From NCBI RefSeq assembly GCF_004010195.1, contig NC_057719.1, forward strand, positions 58,836,089-58,900,088: DNA of 64,000 nucleotides, given 5' to 3'. Under the pieces are notes generated by a model. The model was given only the letters and a program-made list of their open reading frames with translations. It was not told the origin of the DNA and ran no database searches. Numbering within the stretch: position 1 is the first letter of the stretch; the number at the start of each line of letters is the position of its first letter. This document shows positions 50,480 through 63,129 of the stretch, piece after piece. The stretch comes from Chiloscyllium plagiosum (taxonomy: Eukaryota). The translations under genes and the position numbers were made by a program.

Positions 50480-52099
50480 GTAAGTTTATTTGCTTTTGAA
50501 GATATTTCATAGATATGAATTTGACATTTTTTCTGCAAGTGAGTTGATCACATAAATTTTCTCTTTGTAACCATTTCCCCAGGTTTTTCCTGTTATTTTT
50601 AAATAGAGTCATAAATCAGCAAAATTTAATGTCAAGTTGTTTCAAAATGTTTTCACTTTTGATTGTCAGAACATATGAAGGGAAAATAAAAAAAAGGTTA
50701 GATAGAAATGGTAACAAAATGGAAAGCAGAGGATAGGGTTTGATGACAGTTATAATTTGTTAGATTTGTATAAAATGGTACATTTGGTGGGAAGAATACC
50801 GAGGCTAAAATCTCCTTGGAAAATAAATCTCTAAGTTGGACAATCTCTTTACTTGCTCATTTTACTTTGCTCATTCTCATGTTATTACTTGTACTCATGA
50901 GTTGTTCAGCTACCTCAGACCCAATACCGTTGTTGTCAGACTGATAGCCCTTGACATCTGTATCTGGTCACAAATTCACAAACCAATCAGCAAACTGTTG
51001 CTGACGAAACCTCACTTTGTATTTAACTATTTTACATGTCATTTGCTCTTACACCTTCTCCTACTGCTTGCTAAGCAACGGTGTAAATAGGATTTACAAT
51101 GTGTTTCAGCTACAGTATCTGCTTTTCAACAATACAGTAATCCCTCCCTCAGTTGCTGTGAAACAGTCCTTTTTCCAATCCAGTCCATATCGAAAAATGA
51201 AGTGAGAAAAAAAATGCCCTCTTTACAATGTTTGTTTTTTATTTGTCAGAAAAAAGGTATCAAATATTCATAATGTAACACTGTTTTGAACATCTATGCC
51301 CAAACCATTACTTCAAGTGATCACTCTTCCTTTATGTACTCCTCATGATGCTACCCCGTGACTTCAGAAGAAATAAAGACAACCGCTCATATCTCTGTAT
51401 TGACTGGTCAGTGTGATCTGAAACTGTGATTGCTGATTATAATGATTTATGAGCTGCACAGTGATAAGAAGCTGGAGCAATTTGAACACCCTAACTCCAG
51501 GCCTCATCTCTCCATTTCACTTCTTATGGCCCACCCACAATTTCGTGTTAGCAGTGAGCTTAGGTAGCATTATTCTACACTTCATAACATCACACAATGA
51601 TCACGATGCAGATGAAAGCTGTTCAGCTCATCATTCCTTCTGGCAGTAAGACCCTGAAAAGTTAAGAGTTATTCAATTTTCCTGCACCATTCGGAGCAAG
51701 CAGTCCATTGTTGGGAACCAGCCTGCATTCACCTGATTACCTCATCACATGTTTTCATGTAGGTTGGCACTTTTTACATGGAAGTAGGCAGTAGAAAAGC
51801 CGAGAACAGAATGGCATTCATGTTAAAGCAGTCTCCTCCAATTTCTCACCAGCGATGTGTTTGCGAATGAGTTCAAATATCTTCTGCTACTTCTTCAGAG
51901 TTGTCCTCTTCTACCTTAAAGCACTTCACAGGAGTGAATATAATTTGAATATGGTTAAACGTAATTTGACACCAAATCTTAAAAAGATAATATTTGTGCT
52001 AATGGCCAAATACTTGGTCAAAGGAGTAAATTTTAAGAAGTACGTTAAAGAAGGTTCAGAAGAAAGCTTCCATAGACTATCCCAGAGTTTAAAACTATT

Positions 52100-52645
52100 G
52101 CATCAGTTCTGGTCACCCTACTATACTGCGTGCAGTCCTGGTTGCCCTACCATAGAAAGGATGTTATTAAACCAGAAAGAGTGCAGAAAAGATTTATTAG
52201 GATGCAACCCAGACTGGTAGGTTTGAGTTATCAGGAGAGGTTAGATTGGCTGGGACATTAGAACATAGGAGACTGAGGGTGACCTTATGGAGGTCTATAA
52301 AGTCATGAGATTAGACAAGGTAGATAGCCAACAGCCTTTCCCGTTGCTAAGGGAGTCTAAAACTAGAGACCTTAGATTTAAGATGAGAGGGGAGAGACAG
52401 GAAAAAGTCCAGCGGGGCATTTTTTTCACACAGAGGGTGGTGAGTGTCTGGAACAGGCTGCCAGAGATGGTGTTGGAAGCAAGAACAATTTTGTCATTTA
52501 AAAAAGCATTTTAACAGATACATAGTTGGGATAGGAATGGAGGAATGTGGACAAAATGCCTGGCAAATGGGACTGGTTTAATTGTGAAAACTGGACAGCA
52601 TGGGCAAGTTGGGGTGAAGGGCCTATTTCCATGCTGTAGACCTAA
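52100..52645 (+). mobile_element. CR1 LINE 3' fragment
   Basis: QFWSPY, RGDLMEVYK, FFTQRVVSVWNRLP motifs. Confidence 0.85.
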
Positions 52646-52839
52646 AAAAGAGACCATGGCAACTGAAGGCACAACCAGTGGTGGAGGAATTAAAATCAGG
52701 AAAGCTGAAGAGGTCAGAATTAGTTGAGCAAAGATATCTTTTGTGGCTGAGGAGATTATGGAAAAAGGACAAAACCAGGACTAATTCAGAAGAAAAATTA
52801 GTATTTTAAAATCAGAAGTCAGTGCAAGTTAAACATGTA

Positions 52840-55175
52840 CAAGAAAATGTTTTGATTGAGTATGTGGATGTACCACTACAGAAGGCGCAAAACTGACCTA
52901 CTTTTGGGCAATAAGGCAGGGCAGGTGACTGAGGTGTCAGTGGAGGAGCACTTTTGGGGCCAGTGATCATAATTCTATTAGTTTTAAAATAGTGATGGAA
53001 AAGGATAGATCAGATCTAAAAGTTGAAGTTCTAAATTGGAGGAAGGCTAATTTTGATGGTATTGGGCAAGAACTTTCAAAAGCTGATTGGGGGCAGATGT
53101 TCGCAGGTAAAGGGACAGCTGGAAAATGGGAAGCCTTCAGAAATGAGATAATGAGAGTCCAGAGAAAGTATATTCCTGTCAGTGTGAAAGGGAAGGCTGA
53201 TAGGTATAGGGAATGCTGGATGACTAAAGAAATTGAGGGTTTGGTTAAGAAGAAGAAGAAAGCATATGTCAGGTATAGACAGGATAGATTGAGTGAATCT
53301 TTAGAAGAGTATAAGGGCAGTAGGAGTATACTTAAGAGGGAAATCAGGAAGGCAAAAAGGGGACATGAGATAGCTTTGGCAAATAGAGCTAAGGAGAATC
53401 CAAAGAGTTTTTACAAATACATTAAGGACAAAAGGGTAACTAGGGAGAAAATAGGGCCCCTCAAAGATCAGCAAGGCAGCCTTTGTGTGGAGCTGCAGGA
53501 GATGGGGGAAGATGCTAAACGAATATTTTGCATCAGTGTTTACTGTGGAAAAGGACATGGTAGATGCAGATTGTAGGGGAATGAATGGTGACATATTGAA
53601 AAATGTCCATATTACAGAGGAGGAAGTGCTGGATGTCTTGAAATGCTCAAAAGTGGATAGAATCCCAGGACCTGATCAGGTGTACCCTAGAACTCTGTGG
53701 TAAGTTAGAGAAGTGATTGCTGGGCCTTTTGCTGATGTATTTGTATCATCGAAAGTCACAGATGATGTGCTGAAAGACTGGAGGTTGGCTAACACGGTGC
53801 CACTATTTAAGAGGGGTGGTAAGGACATGCCAGGGAACTATGGACTTGTAAGCCTGATGTTGGTGATGGGCAAGTTGTTGGAGGGAATCCTGAGGGACAG
53901 GATGTACATGTCTATGGAAAGGCAAGGACTGATTAGGGATAGTCAACATGGCTCTGTGCATGGGAAATCATGTCTCACAAACTTGATTGACTTGATTTTA
54001 TGAAGTAACAAAGAAGATTTATGAGGGAAGAGAGATAAACGTAATCTACATGGACTTCAGTAAGGCATTCAACAAGGTTCCCCTTGGAAGACTAGTTAGG
54101 AAGGTTAGATCTCGTGGAATACAGGGAGAACTGGCTCAACAGTAGAAGACAAAGGGTGATGGTGAAGGTGGTTTTTCAGACAGGAGGCCTGTGACCAGTG
54201 GAGTACTACAAGGATCAGTGCTGGGTCCACTTACTTTTTATCATTTATATAAATGATTTGGATGTGAGTAAGTTTGCAGATGACACCAAAATTGGAGATA
54301 TAGTGGACAGCGAAGAAGGTTACCTCAGATTACAACAGGATTTGGACCAGATGGGCCAATGGGCTGAGGAGTGGCAGATGGAGTTTAATTTAGATAAATG
54401 TGAAGTGCTGCATTTTGGGAAAACAAATCTTAGCAGGACTTATACACTTAATGTTAAGGTCCGAAGACCTTGGAATGCTGGTTCACAGCTCCTTGAAAGT
54501 GGAGACACAGGTAGATAGGTTAGTGAAGAAGGTGTTTGGTATGCTTTCCTTTATTGATCAGAGTATTGAGTACAGGAGTTGGGAGGTCGTGTTGCGACAG
54601 GACATTGGTTAGGCCAGTGTTGGAATATTGCGTGCAATTCTGGTCTCCTTCCTCTCGGAAAGATGTTGTGAAACTTGAAAGGGTTCAGAAAAGATTTACA
54701 AGGATGTTGCCAGGTTGGAGGATTTGAGCTACAGAGAGAGGCTGAACAGGCTAGGGCTGTTTTCCCTGGAGCATCAGAGGCTGAGGGGTGACCTTACAGA
54801 GGTTTACAAAATTATGAGGAGCATGCATAGGGTAAATAGACAAAATCATGTCCCTGGGCTGGGAGAGACAAGGACTAGAGGATGTAGGTTTAGGGTGAGA
54901 GGAGAAAAATATAAAAGACACCTAACGGGCAACGTTTTCATGCAGAGGGTAGTGTATGTGTGGAATGGGCTGCCAGAGAAAGTGGTGGAGACTAATACAA
55001 TTGCAACATTTAAAAGGCATCTGGATGGGTATAGGAATAGGAAGGGTTTGGAGGGAAATATGCTGGTTGCAACCATGTGGGACTAGGTCGGGTTGGGATA
55101 TCTGGTTGGCATGGATGAGATGGAGCAAAGGGTCTGTTTCTGTGCTGTACACCTCTATGACTTTATGACTCTAAA
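52840..55175 (+). mobile_element. CR1 LINE ORF2 (end of endonuclease through RT) + 3'UTR, frameshifted
   Basis: ORFs 52992..55086 with NWRKANF, ENPKSFYKYI, SQHG, KFADD, LERVQKRFTRMLP; (CTCTATGA)-like tail. Confidence 0.93.
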
Positions 55176-55999
55176 TCAATGAGCACAGAGCTGAAGACTG
55201 ATTGGACCTTTTGTGATAAAAGATTCAGGCAACAGAGTTTAAAATGATCTTAGGATTACTGAGTGGAAGATGTAGCAGTCTGTCCAGGACTGTATTAAAA
55301 GTCAAACCTGGTGTGAGAAAAGATTTCTTGAAAGTTTTATGAGCATGACTGAAACAGGGAATAAAACTGTCATATTATGAAGGAGGAGATAACGGTCCTT
55401 AGTGATGGTGCAGGTATATACTCAGAGGTTCATCTTGGAGTCAAAATGATAGCAAATAATTTGGTTCAGTCTCAGACAGTTGCCCAGGACAAGAATGGTT
55501 AGAAAATGGAGTTTTGGTGGGGACAAAAAACATGATTTCCACCTACTCTATAATTAATTGAAGGAAATATCTTTCCACTGGGCATTTTTGACAAGCAGTC
55601 TGACAATTAGTATCAGTGGAAAAGTGAAGAGAGAACATGAGGAATCATCAGTTGCCATCTGCATGCACATGAAAACTGATGTATTTTTGGATGATCATGT
55701 CTCTAACTGTGTCCGAGGCTGCACATGTCAGTAATGATGAGGGTAGATAATGCAACATGATCATGGTTTCACATTATGTCATTTATAACTTTGATTGTAA
55801 ACTGTTTACTAATGGAAGCTGTGGAAATTTGTATTATTTGTGAAGATTATTTGTAATACCTCACCTTGCGCTTTACGTAAAGTCGTGCAAAAGGTTGTAA
55901 AACCCAATCGGAAAGAAAATTGGGCAGTAATATAATAATAATTTTTCAATGTTGCTATTTCAGCAAAAAAAAACATTGCTGGGAGATATCAGCTGTTTG

Positions 56000-56445
56000 T
56001 ACAGAGGATTTGAGCAATAGGGAGAGGCTGAAAAGGCTGCGGCGATTTTCCCTGGAGTGTCGGAGGCTAAATGGTGACCTTATGGAGATTTATAACATTA
56101 TGGGGTACAAATGAAATAGCTAAAGTCTTTTTTTTTTCCCAGGGTGTGGGAGTCCAAAACTAGAGGGCACAGGTTTAAGGTGAGAGGGAAAAGATGTAAA
56201 AAGGACCTGAGGAGTAGCTTTTTGACGCAGACAGTGGTGCATGTCTGGAATGAGCTGCCAGAAGAAGTGGTGGCGATGGGTACAATTACAATATTTAAAA
56301 GGCATTTGGATGGGTATATGAATAGGAAAGGTCTAGAGGAATATGGGCCAAATGCTGGCAAATAGGACTTGGTCAGATTGGGATGGCTGGTTGGCATAGA
56401 CGAGTTGGACCAAAGGTCTGTTTCCCGGCTATATGACTCCATATG
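56000..56445 (+). mobile_element. CR1 LINE 3' end
   Basis: TRGHRFKV, VWNELPEEVV motifs and 3'UTR. Confidence 0.88.
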
Positions 56446-56857
56446 ATTTTAGTCACCAGTTATTTTAAATAGTCAGAAAATCATGTGGAAAATATACCCA
56501 AATTTCTGATGCAGGCTTTCAGTTGATGAGGCTCCCCAGTACAAAGTTAGAAACATGCCATAATGGACTAATTTATTCAAAGTGCAATTCAAACATGGTA
56601 AGCATAGAAGCTTTATGAAACAGAAAATTAATGATGATTACACTTTTTTGAAACAGAATACTTTGGAATGAGGGTGCAAGATTACTTTAAAAAGAAACCC
56701 TCTGAACTTATCACTTCTCTAAAAATTGTTTATTCATAGAATATAGTACTATGTATATAATATATTTGGATGCTAAATTAGTTGACCAATTACTGATCGA
56801 AATATGCAAAAATACCATGATTCAGATACCATGTATTTTTTATATATTTTATTGTAG

Positions 56858-56994
56858 GCTTTTAGTTTGAACCCAAAAAGAACAGATGCTTTGATGAAAC
56901 GTGCTTTATATTATTTTGAGAATTCCACCTGGCAGTTAGCAATTCAGGATCTTACAACACTAATCAAACAGGAACCTGGCAATGCTAAAGCCAG
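56858..56994 (+). CDS. TTC6: TTC6-like exon M, TPR (AFSLNPKRTDALMKRALYY...EPGNAKA)
   Basis: ttgtag| acceptor, AG|gtaagt donor; 137 nt, phase 0/2. Confidence 0.9.
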
Positions 56995-57059
56995 GTAAGT
57001 TACAATAGAATTTTAAAAATGCATTTAAACATTAGTCAAATAATCAACTGTACCTAGGA

Positions 57060-57122
57060 ACTCAGATTCTGGATTAGTGGTGCTGGAAGAGCGCAGCAGT
57101 TCAGGCAGCATCCAAGGAGCTT
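57060..57122. mobile_element. Single-arm fragment of the PLE hairpin family
   Basis: tgctggaagagcgcagcagttcaggcagcatccaaggagc, flanked by cctagga direct repeats. Confidence 0.65.
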
Positions 57123-57288
57123 CCTAGGAGCTGCCAATGTGATTAATTTCCACTAGAGTTCTTTTAATCACTTGCTATAAGATTTTTTGGAAGATTGGTT
57201 GAAACTTGGAGTATTGTCTTAAGTGGTTTCTCAGTATTTTTTCTGCAGATCATGGTTCAAAGAGCAAAGGATGGTAACTATTTATTAA

Positions 57289-57504
57289 GGAGAAAGTGAG
57301 GTCTGCAGATGCTGGAGATCAAAGTTGAAACTTTATTGCTGGAATAGCACAGCAGGTCAGGCAGCATCCAGGGAACAGGAGATTCGACGTTTCGGGCACA
57401 GGCCCTTCTTCAGGAATGAGAAGGGCCTGTGCCCGAAACGTCGAATCTCCTGTTCCCTGGATGCTGCCTGACCTGCTGTGCTGTTCCAGCAATAAAGTTT
57501 CAAC
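57289..57504. mobile_element. PLE-derived hairpin element, ~87 bp arms with one mismatch
   Basis: 14 bp TSD taactatttattaa (57275-57288, 57505-57518); 34 nt unpaired extension. Confidence 0.93.
57386..57413 (-). ncRNA. Minimal hammerhead ribozyme core (antisense to the gene)
   Basis: Minus strand reads CTGAAGA-A-GGGC-CTGT-GCCC-GAAA-CGTC. Confidence 0.6.
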
Positions 57505-58899
57505 TAACTATTTATTAAAACCAGCAGGATGTACTAGATGCCATAAGATTGTAAAATAATGCTGAATATTTGTAATAAAGCTTTTTTGTACATTAAAAAT
57601 GTATGATTGTTGTTACTTATATAACCTTTAATGCACTAGTAGTTAAAATGATTATGATTTTAAAAACTTGCTGAATTTTAAGTATTGTTTTAAAGAAAAC
57701 TTCATCCTGGTAAAGCTTTCTTCTTTTCCAGGAGGGAAGTGCAATGTTTTTTGAGACAGAAGCAATACAGGAGAGTTTATAATTTGTTTAAAATTGCTCT
57801 TAGTCATCATCAGTTACAAATCACACAATACCAGGTTATGGTCCAACAGGTTTATTTGGAAGTACAAGTTTTGATTTTTAACTTTGATTTTGTGATTTTT
57901 AACTTTGTCTATCCCAGTCCAACACCAGCTCTCCACATCATCATCAGTTACAGCAAAGTAATCTCTGATACATCTGCTCTTCCCAATGGCTATACAATAG
58001 GCCCTACAAGACCCTTCATATAAATGTTACATAAGGGCTCAACAGTGATAATTTCCTTCTCATAACAGCTAAATATTCATCCAATTTTCACTCTGAAGAG
58101 TGAAGAAAAGAAGTGAGGTATCACTGGGTTGGAGGGAGGCTAGATGCAGTAAAAACTAAGGGCAGAATTTCTCTGTTTCCTTGATCAACATGGGCAATGG
58201 TGAGAATTGTGAGAAAATATGACAAGAATGAAAGAAAATTAATGTCTCTTCATCAACTTGTCCTTGAATGTTACATGAACAATGTCCTCTTCCATCTTCA
58301 TCCGTCAAAGTTAGCAAAGGGAAACCACGAGCCTCAACCATTATCATGGCTGTACTTGCATCAACTCAGACTGCACTTTAGCTTTTCAGAACTTCACTTT
58401 GGAGAACAGAGGAATTTCTGATTCACATGCTCCTGCCAGGCTGGGTTGTGCACACAGGAATGCAATCATCCAATTACGTCTGTACAGGATTCATCTTATG
58501 ACTCTTAGCTTCATTTCTTAGTGCTCATTTACTTTCTGCACATTTGGATTTGTAGAGCTTTTTAGCCAGAAAGCAAGAATGTGGAGAAGAATGTGATTGA
58601 CAGTTATAGAGTGGAGTTGCTGCATGCAATAGTCAGATCGATAGCCAACAAGCTTTGGTGAAATATGTCTGTGGTGGCAGAACTAGGGTGAGTGTGAATT
58701 ATCAGAGAGAAAGTGTGGCCCTTGCCCTTGTAGAACACAGCACATCACTGACCATTTTCCTGTATTGCTGTGCATTTTGTCTGATCTTCCCTCATCTTCA
58801 AATGTTTTCCTAAAGTCTGCTTGTTTTTCAATGTCAAGTCATTAAAAGACATTTCCTGCAGATAAGCATCCAAATTATCCTTGGTAAAAATTGATTTCA

Positions 58900-59400
58900 C
58901 CTCAAATTCACAATATATATCAATGTTTTGGAAGTGGGGAACCAAACACAATATTTCCAAATTTGTGGATGAAAAACAGCTAACTGGATGTGTACATTTT
59001 GAAGAAGATGTAAAGTTGCTTCAGGAGGATTTTTACAGGCTTAGTGAATGGGCAAGAACATGGCAGATGGAATATAATATGGAAACATGTGAGATTATCC
59101 TCTTTGATAGGAAAAACAAGTGTACAATGTACTTTTTAAATGGTAAGAGATTGGAAGGTGTAGTTGTATGAGAGGACTGGGTGCCCTTGTCAATGCTACT
59201 AACAAGCAAGTGCAGCAAGATATTAGGAAGGCTAATGGATTGTTGGCCCTTTCATGCAAGAGGATGTGATTGGGAGCAGTGAAGACTTGCTTCACTTTTA
59301 TGGGAGCTGAGTTAGATCACATCGTGAGGACTGTTCAGTTTTGATCACTTTGCCTCAGGAAAGATATTTTGTGGATCAAGGAATCCTTGATCTCTTTAGT
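58900..59400 (+). mobile_element. Old CR1 RT fragment
   Basis: SKFVDE, LSEWARTWQMEYN motifs. Confidence 0.75.
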
Positions 59401-60455
59401 GTTGAAGGTAAGGATGGACGAGACAAGGGCAAGGGACTTAAAAAGATATTTTAGGTAGAGAAAAGAAGCAGAGTTATATTTGCATTTCAGGTTCCATGGA
59501 ATAAGTGAACGTTTTTTTCATAAATGAGAGTATGATTTAATAATGTCAGTTTGTAGTTGAGTCAGACCTGATAGTAAATGGCTAAAACAGTTGGTCACCT
59601 ATTATCCATTCATACTTGCATCACTCAGACTTAAGGAAGTGGAAATAAAGGCTGATCCTGATGAAATGACCAGGTAAGCAAGAGTAATCTAATCTGGATG
59701 AAGGTGTCAAATGTGGAGCTGAGAGCGGTTAAGCAGATCACTAGCTACAGAAATGTTATCATGAATGGAGGGCCAAAGCTAAACAGTTGTGACTTTGGAA
59801 GTTCAGTTGTAAATGACTTGGAAGATGAATTAGAAGGGAGATATTTCTAACATTCAGTTTAGGTGGATAGGTTTCCCCAAAATAAAATGAAAATCATTGC
59901 TTCCAACCCCCACATCAAAGCCTGCACATTTGCCACAAATTTTATCCTCTTTCTTGCACACAGTTCAAACTGAATCAGACTGTTTCTAACCTTAGCTGTC
60001 ATAACTTACTCAAACCTCCACTGCTATCCCAATCTATCTGAAACCCTTGTCCATGATGTTGTCACCTCCAGAATGACTGTTCCAGTATACTCGAGACTGA
60101 ATTGCATCCACTGCCTTCTGTGGCTTTTAGCTCATTCAAAGCACTGCTGCCCACATCCCATTGCACATAAGGCAATGCTACAGCTGGGATTGTTATCTCC
60201 TGTACTTTGGGATAGCCTGGAGTCAGTCTTTGGGTGGAGACAGAGGTGGGCTGATGCTGAGGTGGCCAGTTTCTGTATTTGCAGCGATACCGACCCTGTT
60301 CTGCAGATCAAATCACCTTCACCATCCTATCTTTTGGCCGTAATCCACCCTTCCCCTTCCACCCTTGAAGGATAGACACATGCATGATCGACCTATTCAT
60401 TTCCAGGTATCCTGTTATGATTCACAGTAATGTTTCTTCAAATTTTCCATGTTAG

Positions 60456-60625
60456 GATTTATCGTGGACAGGCATATACGAAACAAGGAATGCACAAGGA
60501 AGCAATTGAGGATTTGTTTACTGCTATCCACTTGGATCCCAACAACTGGGTGGCTTTCTATCACAGAGGCTGCTTGCTGAGAAAGATTCAACCACAGCAA
60601 GCTCTACAGGACTTCAGTGTTTCAG
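60456..60625 (+). CDS. TTC6: TTC6-like exon N, TPRs (IYRGQAY...HLDPNNWVAFYHRGCLLRK...DFSVS); gene continues beyond the window
   Basis: gttag| acceptor, G|gtataa donor; 170 nt, phase 2/1; TPR pattern. Confidence 0.9.
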
Positions 60626-60810
60626 GTATAATGCAGACTTAAATATGCGAATGGTTATACAAATATTTGCAGAAGTGGATTTTTCCAATAGTTACATTTG
60701 TGACTAAAGCCAAAAATGTCAAATGTTTATAGTTTTATGTAAGTTATTTTTTACACAAATGTTATTGATTGCAAGAAAATAGACTGTGGCGTTCTCTGGT
60801 CAAATAAGCT

Positions 60811-62380
60811 AGGCAAAAGTGAGGAGTGCAGATGCTGGAAATCAGAGTTTAGATTGGTGGGGATGAAGGTGATAGGTCAGAGAGGAGGGTGGAGCGGATA
60901 GGTGGGAATGTAGATTGGCAGGTAGGACAGGTCATGAGAACAGTGCTGAGCTGGAAGGTTGGAACTGGGGTTTGTGGGGCGAGGGGAAATTATGAAACTG
61001 GTGAAGTCCACATTGATGCCCTGGGGTTGAAGTGTTCCAAGGCGGAAGATGAGGCGTTCTTCCTCCAGGCATCGGGTGGTGAGGGAGCAGCGGTGGAGGA
61101 GGCCTAGGATCTGCATGTCCTTGACAGAGTGGGAGGGAGAGTTGAAATGTTGGGACACAGGGCGGTGTGGTTGATTGGTGCGGGTGTCGAGACCGCATCG
61201 GGAGCAACGGATACAATAAATGATATTAGTGGATGTGCAGGTAAAACTTTGATGGATGTGGAAGGCTCCTTTGGGGCCTTGGATGGAGGTGAGGGAGGAG
61301 GTGTGGGCGCAGGTTTTGCAATTCCTGCAGTGGCAGGGGAGGGTGCCAGGATGGGAAGGTGGGTTGTTGGGGGACGTGAACCTGACCAGGTAGTCACAGA
61401 GGGAACAGTCTTGCGGAAGGTGGAAAGGGGTGGGGAGGGAAATATATCTCTGGTGATGGGGTCCATTTGTAGGTGGCGGAAATGTCAGTGGATGATGTGG
61501 TTTATGCGAAGGTTGGTAGGGTGGAAGGTGAGCACCAGGGGGGGTTCTGTCCTTGTTACAGTTAGAGGGGTGGGGTTTGAGGGCAGAGGGGCCGGATGTG
61601 GATGAGATACATTGGAGGGCATCTTCAACTACGTGGGAAGGGAAATTGCGGTCTCTAAAGAAGGAGGCCATCTGGTGTGTTCTGTAGTGGAACTGGTCCT
61701 CCTGGGAGTAGATACAGCGGAGGTGGAGGAATTGGGAATACAGATGGCATTTTTGCAGAAGGTAGGGTGGGAAGAGGTGTAATCCAGGTAGCTGTGGGAG
61801 TCAGTGGGTTTGTAAAAAATGTCAGTGTCAAGTTGGTAGTCCTTGATGGAGATGGAGAGCGAGGTGTCAGAGATGGTCCAGGTGAATTTAAGGTCAGGGT
61901 GGAATGTGTTGGTGAAGTTGATGAACTGCTCAACCTCCTTGCAGGAGCACGAGGTGGCACTGATGCAGTCATCAATGTAGCGGAGGAAGAGGTGGGGATT
62001 GCTGCCAGTGTAACTACGGAAGATGGACTGTTCTACGTAGCCGACAAAGAGACAGGCATAGCTGGGGCCCATACGGGTTCACATGGCTACCCCTTTGGTC
62101 TGGAGGAAATGGGAGGATTCGAAGGAGAAATTGTTAAGAGTGAGGACCAGTTCAGCCAAACGAATGAGAGTGTCGGTGGAAGGGTACTGTTGGGGATGTT
62201 GGGAGAGGAAAAAACGGAGGGCTTGGACGCCCTGGTCACGGCAGATGGAGGTGTAGAGGGATTGGATATCCATGGTGAAGATGAGGCGTTGGGGGCCGGG
62301 GAAACGGAAGTCTTGGAGGAGGTGGAGGGCGTGGGTGGTGTCTCGAATGTATGTGGGGAATGTGGGGACTCTAATCTAAA
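60811..62380 (-). mobile_element. 5'-truncated, internally deleted Penelope-like retroelement (RT + GIY-YIG)
   Basis: MDIQSLYTSI, QTKGVAM, MGPSYACLF, FLRYIDD, YKPTDSHSYL, NIIYCIRCSRCG motifs; 17 bp TSD ctctggtcaaataagct (60794-60810, 62381-62397). Confidence 0.93.
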
Positions 62381-63129
62381 CTCTGGTCAAATAAGCTGTT
62401 AATGGTAAGAGATGCTGATCTTGATGAACATTTAGTTATCAAGGATTCTCAGGAGCATGTGGTAATGCGTATTCCAGAATGATGTCTGCTAGTGGGCCTT
62501 TCCATCTTCCTGCTTGTGGATGCTGGATTGCTATTAGATCATTTGATTTAAATATGGACTTTGGAAACCTGCACCATTTCAAACACATCAGGCACTGCCA
62601 CCTTGCAGGGTCTGAAAAATCCTGTTCTAAATGCGAGAGAGTGAGTTATGGTTTTGTTACCCCTTTGGTCCTTTTATAAAAGGACTAAAAATGTCTTTTG
62701 AGACTTAATTTTTTTTGGCCAACTTACATTATTGCAGTGCAAATCCTGAGGTAGGAGTTCTTCTGTAGGAATAGCAAACTATATTTACTACCACTATTTC
62801 TACAGGTTTCTGAAAGTTTAAGTTTATCAGGGTTTTGTAGCAGGCAATCCTGTCTTTGGCCTCACTTTCTCCTGACCAAAGGCTCCATCCGTTTTGAGAT
62901 CATTTCAACAAAATAATTTAGGAAGACAACTAAATAGGTTAGGGAAGACTAGACATTACACATGCATTTGATGTATGAGCAAAGATAATTGATTATTTTT
63001 CTTGGTTATTCTTTGAGAGAATAATAGACCCATGGAAACACTTACATGGTGAATGCTCTTCTATATCTTTTGTGTGAAAGCTGAATCAGTTCCTGGTTAG
63101 GATGAAGAAGGTTGGTTTAAATTCAAAAA

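Noticed and set aside
61677..62402. 241 aa + strand ORF
   Set aside because: Antisense shadow of the Penelope RT frame.
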